Source: a virus (Duplodnaviria > Caudoviricetes). From it: DNA of 52,900 bases. The stretch lies in the IMG/VR virus record IMGVR_UViG_3300025118_000020, positions 1 through 52,900 of that record. One strand, written 5' to 3'. The notes under the pieces are model-generated. The model was not told the DNA's origin and made no database searches. It was given only the letters and a program-made list of their open reading frames with translations. Each line of letters begins with the position of its first letter. Within the stretch, counting starts at the first letter, position 1. The position numbers and the translations under genes were made by a program. Shown one piece after another: positions 27,562 through 35,911 of this stretch.

Positions 27562-27706
27562 CTTTCTGATCTAATTGCTCAAGGAGATTTTTCAAATCGT
27601 CAGGAGTTACTTGTCCTTCTTGCAAAATATCCTTTTGCATCGTTTCGACAAATCTTTGAACTTCTTCCGAGATGATTTGTTTTAATTTACCTTTGGTAAT
27701 TTTCAT
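27551..27706 (-). CDS. Unannotated 51-aa protein MKITKGKLKQIISEEVQRFVETMQKDILQEGQVTPDDLKNLLEQLDQKDDN
   Basis: Read directly; GGAGG RBS, ACTATTTA motif 25 nt upstream, fills the gap and overlaps the next start. Confidence 0.85.
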   Translation of the reverse strand: MKITKGKLKQIISEEVQRFVETMQKDILQEGQVTPDDLKNLLEQLDQKDDN

Positions 27707-27719
27707 TAATGCCCCTCCA

Positions 27720-28004
27720 CTATCTTCTTATAAATAGTTCACTCTTTACCATTTCAAACAGTTCTTCGAACTTTTCTCTTACGACCTCAACCTCTTCCTC
27801 AATCTTCTTTATTTGTTCATCGGACATTGCACCCTCCCTGGTTCCATGGTCTATTTGAGTGAGAAATGCATGCATCTTAATAATATTTTCGATCTGTTCT
27901 TTAGGGAAACCCCCCATTCTGATTATACTTCTTATTACTTTTTCTCGCCTTCTTTCCTGAAAGTCGACAATGTTATCTTCAATTTCGATGGTTGACGTGG
28001 GCAT
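27720..28004 (-). CDS. Hypothetical protein (94 aa)
   Basis: ATG at 28004 follows purine-rich GAGGGAAGGGG; overlaps the end of the Mre11-Rad50 gene. Confidence 0.65.
   Translation of the reverse strand: MPTSTIEIEDNIVDFQERRREKVIRSIIRMGGFPKEQIENIIKMHAFLTQIDHGTREGAMSDEQIKKIEEEVEVVREKFEELFEMVKSELFIRR
27731..27738 (-). promoter_or_regulatory. ACTATTTA motif, putative late promoter
   Basis: 25 nt upstream of the 51-aa ORF start, in the last codons of the previous gene. Confidence 0.55.
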
Positions 28005-31000
28005 ATTCCCCTTCCCTCTCAATGGTTATTTGTTGATCCACGCTATCCTTAAGAGAATCCAAATGAGAAATGAGAAGCACAGTTCCGAAATAAGACTTTA
28101 CCAGATCGAGTATTTGAACAAACCCTTCCATATTTCCTTCGTCTAGTGAAGTCCCCGGCTCATCGAGAATAAATAGATTCGGCTTTGGAAGATTCGAAAC
28201 CGAAAGCAACGAAAGTCTTATTGCGGTTGCCGCAACTGTCTTTTCTGCTCCCGAGCCCATTTCAAGCGGTCGAGCATCATGAGACGGGTGCTTGATAAGA
28301 ATATTTAATCTCTTATCGTCTTCCTCAAAAAAGATCTCAAAGTCAACAATGTTCGCAAGCACTTTCGCAATCTCGTTATTGATCACTGGTAATCTCTTCT
28401 TGATGATGTCGTATGAGATACCGTTTGAGTGCATACACTTCATAAAGAGATCATATGCCGTGAATCGACTTCTGAGATCTTCAAGCTCTTCTCTGGTCGA
28501 TTTTAGATTCTCCAACTTTTGTTCCAGTGAGCCGTGAAGTTTGTAGAGATTCAAGACGTTTTCTTTGCACTGTTCTAGCTCGTGTTGACAGCAGGAAATA
28601 TTATTTTCAGTTCTCTTTTTTCGAAGCAAGAGATCTTCAAAGTTCTCAATGGCATCTTTATTTTCTTCATAGGTTTTTATTTTATTTTCGCAAAAGCTTA
28701 TCTCGTGCAAGAGAGAAGCGATGAGTGCTTCATTCTTTTCGATGTTAAGTTCACGGTTTCTAATTTCACTGATGAGGTTCTTTTGTTTTTGAAGAATCAA
28801 ATTATATTTGTTCAGTTGTTCCTGAACTGTTTCTGGGTTTATGTTCTCCAACTCTTCTTTTAGTTTCTCGTCCTCGACCTTTAAAACCGCAAGCTGATCC
28901 TTATCGGCCCCAATGGAAACCTTTGCCAAGTGGGCATCGGAAATGAATTTACAATTCGGAAATGAATCTCCACATGGGACTTCATCGAGTCGAGAGATCT
29001 TTTTTTCTTTTCTCTCGATTTCTTCTTTCTTGCTGTCGAGGTCGAATAATAGGGCATCTGCCTCTTTTTTTATCCGGTCTGCTGACTCTTTCTCCTCCTC
29101 CAAAGAAACAATATCAAATGTATCCACAAACTCATTCACTTTAATGAGGCTTGCTTCATCCCTTAGCAACGCAACTGTTAAAAATTCGTTACTGCTTTTG
29201 AGAGATCGCATTTCAGCTTGCTTATCCAACAATTTCTTTTTTACCACAACGACATCGATAATCTCTGTGGGGATTGATTCTATTATCTTTTCAGTTTCTT
29301 GAAGATGATTCTCGAATAAACCAAGAGCAGTGTTCATTTGATCACAGGCATACTTTTGTTCTTCTGTGGCTTCTTCGTTTTCTTGCAGTTTCAACTTTGC
29401 ATCTTCTATTTCTTCGCCAAACTCTTTGCCCTCCAGCCTCCTCAAGGCGCCGCGCAAATCAGCTGCATCCTCTTTGGCCATTTTATATTTTCTTTCAAAA
29501 ATCTCAAGATCCAAAAACTTAGCAAGAATTTCCTTTCTCTTCGTGGAGCCCTCTTTGATAAAGTGCAAGGCTCCAAGCTGAGATGTCATGGAGGTTGCGA
29601 GAAAATCTTCAAGAGTTCCAAAGATTTTACGAATACGTTTATCCGTATCGTTCCTCGACACTCCATTTAAATCTGTCTCAACATCCAAAACGGGATCATA
29701 AACTTTAAAATCCAAATCGGTCTTTGCTTCGACAGTTTCGGATCCCTTTAGCTTTTTAATATACTTCTCTGATTGACGTGTAATCGTATAGATTTTATTG
29801 TCGATCTCTATCTTCGCTTGGCCTTGACCATATTCTTTGTTCTGGTTGATAACATTTAAATTTTTCCTCTCGTTCTTGGAGGTTGAGTTAAAAATTGTAT
29901 AAAGGATGCTATCAATGATACTGGATTTTCCAGAATAATTCTTTCCGAAGATCCCGACTGTTCCGACCAATTTTTCGAAATCAATATAATTCCCTTCACC
30001 ATAGTTGAATAGATTATCCCATTCCAGTGATTTCAGCTTCCAATTAATATTTCTGGAGATTTCTTCGCTCTCTTCCACAATCGTGTTGTACTTGCTGTTG
30101 AGTTCATAAATCTTCTTTAATAGGTCCTCGGGTGCTTCGTAATCTTGCAAATATTCTTTAATGAGATTTTCCTGCACCACGATATCTCGAAGATCTTCTT
30201 CTCCAATGTTAATCGTCAAATCATCTAAGTCTGCACGATCTCCGAGGGCGCGGTTAAGAAAAGTAATGCTGCTCGGCTTAAATTTTGCTTTTGCAACATC
30301 AACTGCTCGCTTCATCCTGTTGAGGGGCAGATTGTTGTTAGATACAAGGCGTAGGCGCGAACCTTCGGGAATTTCGAGCCCCCTTGGCATTCTGCCTTTC
30401 TTTGTTAGTTCGATTGTAATGAACGGTTTCGGGTTTTCAAGTTCAATGTGCCGAACATTAAAATTATCTTTGTCTTCGATCTCCCAAATCAAAAATCCCT
30501 TATCATTGGTCTCGCCGTGGTTTTGTTGAACAAGCGACCCACAATATCTAATCCGCCCTTCTTTGTCGAGAATTTGATTTGTCTTATGGATGTCTCCAAG
30601 CATCGCAAAATCAAATTCTTCGAAGATCGAAATATCGTTCTCACCGTGCTCCATCACCCAACCGGCATCTGTTTGGCACCCACTTACAGATCCATGGTAA
30701 AGGGCAATGTTTATTTTTTCTGGGTCTGCTGGTTCAGCCCAGCTATCTGTATCAAAAATTGAAAGATTATTAAAAATAACCCCCTCACCAACTTCCCACT
30801 CACCTGAGTTTTTGAGCAGTTTGATGTTTGGATCATCTATCGCCTCTACTATCGGCGAGACTGCATCCTGTCGATGAATCGTTCGTAAGTTGCCATCGTG
30901 GTTGCCCAGAGTTACAAATGTCGGGGCGATGTCCCCGAGGCTTATCAGAAATAGCGCACACATATCAAAATATTCTGGGCTTAGCTGTGTCTTTGTGTGT

Positions 31001-31137
31001 GCCACATCTCCGACAACAACTATAGCGTCAACTTTTTCTTCAAATAGCTTTTTATAAAGTTGATTGAAAACCTCCTTGTATTCCGTGTGATATTTAAGAT
31101 TACGAATGTGAATGTCTGCTAGGTGTGCTATCTTCAT
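27979..31137 (-). CDS. Fused Mre11/SbcD nuclease - Rad50/SbcC ATPase (gp47-gp46 fusion)
   Basis: Phosphoesterase motifs HLADIH, GDVAH, GNHD, LYHG, LGDIH; Walker A GKNYSGKS; coiled coil; signature GSGAEK; Walker B FILDE; ISH. ATG at 31137 forms a TAATG overlap with the primase stop. Confidence 0.93.
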   Translation of the reverse strand: MKIAHLADIHIRNLKYHTEYKEVFNQLYKKLFEEKVDAIVVVGDVAHTKTQLSPEYFDMCALFLISLGDIAPTFVTLGNHDGNLRTIHRQDAVSPIVEAIDDPNIKLLKNSGEWEVGEGVIFNNLSIFDTDSWAEPADPEKINIALYHGSVSGCQTDAGWVMEHGENDISIFEEFDFAMLGDIHKTNQILDKEGRIRYCGSLVQQNHGETNDKGFLIWEIEDKDNFNVRHIELENPKPFITIELTKKGRMPRGLEIPEGSRLRLVSNNNLPLNRMKRAVDVAKAKFKPSSITFLNRALGDRADLDDLTINIGEEDLRDIVVQENLIKEYLQDYEAPEDLLKKIYELNSKYNTIVEESEEISRNINWKLKSLEWDNLFNYGEGNYIDFEKLVGTVGIFGKNYSGKSSIIDSILYTIFNSTSKNERKNLNVINQNKEYGQGQAKIEIDNKIYTITRQSEKYIKKLKGSETVEAKTDLDFKVYDPVLDVETDLNGVSRNDTDKRIRKIFGTLEDFLATSMTSQLGALHFIKEGSTKRKEILAKFLDLEIFERKYKMAKEDAADLRGALRRLEGKEFGEEIEDAKLKLQENEEATEEQKYACDQMNTALGLFENHLQETEKIIESIPTEIIDVVVVKKKLLDKQAEMRSLKSSNEFLTVALLRDEASLIKVNEFVDTFDIVSLEEEKESADRIKKEADALLFDLDSKKEEIERKEKKISRLDEVPCGDSFPNCKFISDAHLAKVSIGADKDQLAVLKVEDEKLKEELENINPETVQEQLNKYNLILQKQKNLISEIRNRELNIEKNEALIASLLHEISFCENKIKTYEENKDAIENFEDLLLRKKRTENNISCCQHELEQCKENVLNLYKLHGSLEQKLENLKSTREELEDLRSRFTAYDLFMKCMHSNGISYDIIKKRLPVINNEIAKVLANIVDFEIFFEEDDKRLNILIKHPSHDARPLEMGSGAEKTVAATAIRLSLLSVSNLPKPNLFILDEPGTSLDEGNMEGFVQILDLVKSYFGTVLLISHLDSLKDSVDQQITIEREGEYAHVNHRN

Positions 31138-32075
31138 TATACACTCATCGCCTGATGAAACAGGCAAACCTCCTCGGTCATTAGGGTTGCATTCCGTTTT
31201 CTTTTCAAGAACTCTTCGCGATACATCTCTCCAACATCATCAACCCCCGAAGTATCAATTTTATAAACTTCAACACCGTATTCAAGAAGCTTGTTTATAA
31301 TCTTCATCGATTTCCTTTCAGCATCAAAATCCAAAGCAAGATAAACAGTTGTATCATTCTTTATGATTTCGTGCATCAGCTTTGATTTTTCAGATAAAGT
31401 TGATCCAAGAAGAGGCACAGTGTTATGCCCCGCAACAATTGCGTCGAATACCCCTTCCACAACAATTAAATCTTCTTGAAAGTTTAAAAAAAGTTCATCA
31501 AAAATAATGGTATTGCGTGAAACTTTGGGATTCTTATATTTTTTCCAATCTCCATTATAACTCCTGGCGACGAAAAAGTTAATGTTTCCTTCCAAATTGA
31601 ATGATGGAATAACAACGTAGCCTTCGTACTCGCCCTTGCCACAAAACCCTATTTTCCACCGACAGATATCTAACTTTGTTATTCCGCGATCTCTTAAATA
31701 TTGTCGAGCAGCAAGAGAAGAGAGGGGTAGATTTTTGTTGACGAGTGAAACAAACTCTGCTGGTAGCTCTAGCCTCTCCTCCCTCTCAATCTCATTGAAT
31801 GGATCGAAAAGCAGATCGAATTCTGAAATATCAACTTGCTCTTCGAACTCACCCCACGCTTTGTAATCGAGATAAGACCCGTGCTTTCGAACGAGGCTTC
31901 GGATTTTTCTCCCCGAATAGTCGCAGACCCAACACTTAAAACATCCGTTACTTAAATTAACTGAAAGTTTTGGCTTGTGATGATCACACTTGGGACAATA
32001 AAATAGAAATTCCTTTCTTTCCCTTCTGTATTCTCCAAGAACATCTCTTAAGATTTTAAGTTTTTTCGCCTGCAA
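31137..32075 (-). CDS. DNA primase (zinc finger + TOPRIM)
   Basis: CPKC..CWVC zinc finger, YLRDRGI, KYKNP, VVEGVFDAI, YLALDFDA, DVGEM. Confidence 0.88.
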   Translation of the reverse strand: MQAKKLKILRDVLGEYRRERKEFLFYCPKCDHHKPKLSVNLSNGCFKCWVCDYSGRKIRSLVRKHGSYLDYKAWGEFEEQVDISEFDLLFDPFNEIEREERLELPAEFVSLVNKNLPLSSLAARQYLRDRGITKLDICRWKIGFCGKGEYEGYVVIPSFNLEGNINFFVARSYNGDWKKYKNPKVSRNTIIFDELFLNFQEDLIVVEGVFDAIVAGHNTVPLLGSTLSEKSKLMHEIIKNDTTVYLALDFDAERKSMKIINKLLEYGVEVYKIDTSGVDDVGEMYREEFLKRKRNATLMTEEVCLFHQAMSV

Positions 32076-32587
32076 AGCTCTAATCCTGCTCTCGCAATTA
32101 TTAGTGAATCAGCCCGATCATAAGAATCGGGTGATGGATTATTCTGCTTTGTGTATCTTATACCAAACTGGGGGTCGTTGTCAAGTAAATGTTGAAGAAC
32201 CACCTTCTTAGCCTTTGTTCCCCTGGGGACCTTGATCCCACAGAGCTTTCTGGCCGACGTTGAGGCAATGAACTCAGGCTCCATCTCAAAGATCTCCCAA
32301 ACGAGATAACTTACTATACCATTAATCTTGGATAATGTCGAGAGTGTTTTTGCAGAAGAGAAGCCTGATCTAAACGACTGTAAGCTTTCTTCAATATAGA
32401 CCTTATCTATGGAGTGGGTATCCTCTATTTCCCACAGTTTGTTTTTAATGAACGTTGCTTTGGAAAGCAAAGATGGGAATTTATTTTTATTCCTCGTATC
32501 AACGGCCTCACAAAGAATAATACTTCCCTCTTCGTCTATCACCGTTATTCCAGTAATAGAGGTTGAGATATCAAGTCCTAGAATCAT
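32048..32587 (-). CDS. RuvC-like Holliday junction resolvase
   Basis: MILGLDISTSITG, VYIEE and DRADSLIIA acidic catalytic motifs of the RuvC/RNase H fold. Confidence 0.85.
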   Translation of the reverse strand: MILGLDISTSITGITVIDEEGSIILCEAVDTRNKNKFPSLLSKATFIKNKLWEIEDTHSIDKVYIEESLQSFRSGFSSAKTLSTLSKINGIVSYLVWEIFEMEPEFIASTSARKLCGIKVPRGTKAKKVVLQHLLDNDPQFGIRYTKQNNPSPDSYDRADSLIIARAGLELCRRKNLKS

Positions 32588-33759
32588 TAGATATCAAGCT
32601 TAAGTTTGAAGGTGTAAGAGTCGGTTTCTCTTTTTCTAACGGGGGTGGCGACTTTGGCAATCGCAATAAGGTTTTTGTCTTTATCATAAAGTCCAATTCT
32701 TGAAATATAAGTTTGCTTCTGAAAACTCGCTGAGTAATCATTATACGGGCTTTCAACAATATTTTTAATATTATAAGTTGTTTCTTTAACTATAGTTGTA
32801 TTTTTATAATTTTCAACGGTTGGCAGCATTGAATCAACGGATGACTTATCAAGAAAGGTTGGATTGTTTGAGTGATTGAACGCAACGGCTGGTGCGTGAG
32901 CCATCATTGTTGTTGTCGTTGTATAACTTGTGCCCTGGAAATCAATTGAAAAACTTGAGGATGCTGCCGAATTTGACCCCGAGCCGAATGTTCCAAAGTG
33001 AACCCAGGCCGGATTTGTCGCGCCGACAGTCGGTGGGTAAATTTCTGTATGGGCACTGAGGGGGTTCGACCCAGTTAAAATTAAAAATCCCTCATTATAC
33101 AAAACCAACCCAACGGTAGTACCGGCGCCGACGGGGCCCGTTTGTATCAGTTCACCATTTTGTAATTCATCCTTGGCTTGGCCCACCAAGGTTCCAGAAA
33201 CATAAAACTTTAAATCAACAGATCCTTTTTTTATCGAAGATCCATAAAAAATGGAGGGTATACTTATTAAATTAACATCGCCATCATCAAGATCTCTAAG
33301 AGAATTTGAATATTGAAATTCGTTACTTAGGATTCTATAAAAATCAATTGTATTTCTAAGCGCCTTGAGACGACGTGAACTTGTTATCTCCTGTACGGTT
33401 GCTGGCGACGGAACAATATATTCTCTGAGAAAAGACGATGAGAGGGGATACGTGCCCCTTATTTCGTCGCCCGCATCGAGTGCATCGTAAGTTTCCGCAG
33501 TAACTGTTTTAAAGGAGATTCGATCAGAGCCTTTTACAATCCACGGATAAATTAAACTTTCGGATGATCGATCAACATTAAGCTCATACAGACTTATATG
33601 TCCATCGGGGACGTTTAAAACCGGATTAGAAAAAGCACCAGATTCATAATTTTTATTATTATAGTATGCCGAGCCGCTATAAATTATAAAATTTACTTTT
33701 GGGTATGCCTTAATCGTATTGTAAAATACATCATCTTTTCCAAATTTATAATAAGACAT
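32587..33759 (-). CDS. Putative baseplate/tail structural protein (390 aa), paralogue of 33795..34826
   Basis: SNNPTF..TYISRIGLYDKDKNLIAIAKVATPVRK..FKLKLDI C-terminus shared with the upstream gene. Confidence 0.7.
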   Translation of the reverse strand: MSYYKFGKDDVFYNTIKAYPKVNFIIYSGSAYYNNKNYESGAFSNPVLNVPDGHISLYELNVDRSSESLIYPWIVKGSDRISFKTVTAETYDALDAGDEIRGTYPLSSSFLREYIVPSPATVQEITSSRRLKALRNTIDFYRILSNEFQYSNSLRDLDDGDVNLISIPSIFYGSSIKKGSVDLKFYVSGTLVGQAKDELQNGELIQTGPVGAGTTVGLVLYNEGFLILTGSNPLSAHTEIYPPTVGATNPAWVHFGTFGSGSNSAASSSFSIDFQGTSYTTTTTMMAHAPAVAFNHSNNPTFLDKSSVDSMLPTVENYKNTTIVKETTYNIKNIVESPYNDYSASFQKQTYISRIGLYDKDKNLIAIAKVATPVRKRETDSYTFKLKLDI

Positions 33760-33779
33760 TTCCCTTCTCCACTAACTAT

Positions 33780-33787
33780 TAACTAGT
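33780..33787 (-). promoter_or_regulatory. ACTAGTTA variant of the putative late promoter motif
   Basis: Intergenic, about 21 nt upstream of ATG 33759. Confidence 0.45.
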
Positions 33788-33794
33788 TTGTGGA

Positions 33795-34826
33795 TCAATA
33801 GTCCAGCCGAACTCTAATGGTTAACTCTGTTTGTGGGGTTTTCTTCAAGGGCTCCGAAAGCTTTGCCGTTGCCAATAGTTCATTATCGGCGCCGTAAAGC
33901 CCGACAGAAGTAACATAAGTAATCGGAGCGTCAAGCATTGTTTCTTTGACAAAAATCTTGCTAGCACTCAAATAAGTTGGGTTTGCGCTATAATTAAACT
34001 CACTGTGATTAGCTCTGCAGAAATAAATTGTCGAGTTCAATTCTGTCGTATTATTAAAATCTAAGTCCTGCCATTTGTTTCGTATTCCATCGCAGCTTGC
34101 AGAAATAGCGGAACCCGTTAAGACGGCGGCGATTGAACTCGTGTCGAATGTTGCGGCAGGAGGACCAAAAGCACCGGCCACTATAGAAGCAGTTAAAACA
34201 GCAATACCCGCTTGATAATAAAGTAGCCCAACGCCAGTTCCTTCAACAGCAGCAGAGCCAGTATACAGAATACCATAATCACCCGCTGGGGAGCTAGTTC
34301 TATACTCGTTGGCGGCGCCATAGTCGCTAATGGTTAAAGGGGTCGTCGGGGCAACGGGAGTTCCATCTGAGAAAAACTGAAAAACAAACGATTGTTTTTT
34401 AATTTCGTCCTTGGTCAAAAGTCGAGCAAGATTTATGAATATACACTCGGTATGCTTTGTACCGCCGGCAACAATATCTCCATCTCTATCAAAATCTTGT
34501 ATTTGTCCCGAAGCATCATACCCCACGAGCACCTGAGACATTTGATTGTAGATATTGATTTTTTTAGAATTTTGAACGCTGGCTGCACCTGCCAAGCTGG
34601 AATTCGAAGAATACCCCACCGTGAGATCAAAAATGTGATTGGCAGAAGAACTTAAAAAGGGATAATCATAAACGGCCTGGAACATTCCGTGAGAATAGTT
34701 TTTAATATTTCCGTCGCTCGCATATGTCCCGGATACAATAGTTCCCGTAAGAGGGATTGCTTCATGTAATAACGTCTTTGTCGTTGCTATATCATTGTTG
34801 GTGAGGGGTTTAAGAATTGTCGCCAT
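33795..34826 (-). CDS. Putative baseplate/tail structural protein (343 aa)
   Basis: SANPTY..TYVTSVGLYGADNELLATAKLSEPLKK..IRVRLDY C-terminus. Confidence 0.7.
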   Translation of the reverse strand: MATILKPLTNNDIATTKTLLHEAIPLTGTIVSGTYASDGNIKNYSHGMFQAVYDYPFLSSSANHIFDLTVGYSSNSSLAGAASVQNSKKINIYNQMSQVLVGYDASGQIQDFDRDGDIVAGGTKHTECIFINLARLLTKDEIKKQSFVFQFFSDGTPVAPTTPLTISDYGAANEYRTSSPAGDYGILYTGSAAVEGTGVGLLYYQAGIAVLTASIVAGAFGPPAATFDTSSIAAVLTGSAISASCDGIRNKWQDLDFNNTTELNSTIYFCRANHSEFNYSANPTYLSASKIFVKETMLDAPITYVTSVGLYGADNELLATAKLSEPLKKTPQTELTIRVRLDY

Positions 34827-34840
34827 TTTTTATACCTTTG

Positions 34841-35869
34841 TTAGTTTGATTTGAATTTAACATATCGAACGGGAATATCAATACGGTACCCGGTAGTTGC
34901 GCCGGTAATACGGATTATACTATCAACATAATAAAAGGTCCTACCTTGATACACGTATGTGCCTCCCGTCTTCTCCATCAAGTCTACACTGGTTGCAAGA
35001 GCAAGTGAAGATTTTACCTTAAAAGAAAGTCTCACCGCTCGTGGGCCTGCCAGCATTGAAGAATCGTTGGGCAAAAGTCTGGTGATGAAGCCTGCTCCTG
35101 CCCTGGCTGCGCTTGTAGTGCCGGTGGTGCCGCCTCCATAATATACATAATACGTTGCAGTAGAGGCACTATCCACAAAAGATGGCGTCTGCTCAGAGAG
35201 GGTGCGAGGGTGAGCCAGTTTTCCAAATCGATCATCCATCTCAATAATAAAAGTATTTTCTGTGAGACCGAGATCGAGTTGCTGACTTGTGGGGATATCA
35301 GAAGTGTCTAGACCCTGGTGTACCACGATATTGTTTGGATTTGCGTCGATACCCCATCCACTAATCACTCCACTATTTGGCGTTTTAGAGCGGCCATAAT
35401 CCTCCGCAGTATTCTTAAAGGCCTGAATATTTCCAACCTTCAGCAAGGCATCGCTAACGCCGGTTGTGGCTTCATCAACCGTTATGATGTATACTCCCGA
35501 TACGCCCACGCCATCACTAAAATCATTAGAATCATCGGAACTATCTTGGTTGTTCTTTTTTATTACTGGTAGATAAAGTTTATTTGTATTCGCGATGGAA
35601 ATAAGCTTAGATTTCATGAGAGAACTCCCATTAGTAAAAGCTTCGAGGATAGGAGTTTGCAGAATCTCTAAATCATAGTAGGCTGAGCCGCTCGGATTTG
35701 CGCCGTCGGGATGATTATTATTTTGATAAAGCTGATAATTTATCTCATCATCGCCAAGAGCAAAATACTTGCAATCGAAAGAACCATCACCCCTAGCCAG
35801 TCTTTCTCGGCCGGCATCGGTTAAAACCGCATCTAATATAATATCTCCACCATTATCAAGAAAAGCCAT
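34841..35869 (-). CDS. Putative baseplate/tail structural protein (342 aa)
   Basis: N-terminus ILDAVLTDAGRERLARG..YFALGDDEINY; AAGGAG RBS. Confidence 0.7.
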   Translation of the reverse strand: MAFLDNGGDIILDAVLTDAGRERLARGDGSFDCKYFALGDDEINYQLYQNNNHPDGANPSGSAYYDLEILQTPILEAFTNGSSLMKSKLISIANTNKLYLPVIKKNNQDSSDDSNDFSDGVGVSGVYIITVDEATTGVSDALLKVGNIQAFKNTAEDYGRSKTPNSGVISGWGIDANPNNIVVHQGLDTSDIPTSQQLDLGLTENTFIIEMDDRFGKLAHPRTLSEQTPSFVDSASTATYYVYYGGGTTGTTSAARAGAGFITRLLPNDSSMLAGPRAVRLSFKVKSSLALATSVDLMEKTGGTYVYQGRTFYYVDSIIRITGATTGYRIDIPVRYVKFKSN

Positions 35870-35892
35870 ATTCTGTCTCCTTATCTAGATAG

Positions 35893-35900
35893 TAATTAGT
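35893..35900 (-). promoter_or_regulatory. ACTAATTA variant of the putative late promoter motif
   Basis: Intergenic, about 24 nt upstream of ATG 35869; a second variant ACTATCTA overlaps at 35886-35893. Confidence 0.5.
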
Positions 35901-35911
35901 TAGTTTTTCCT

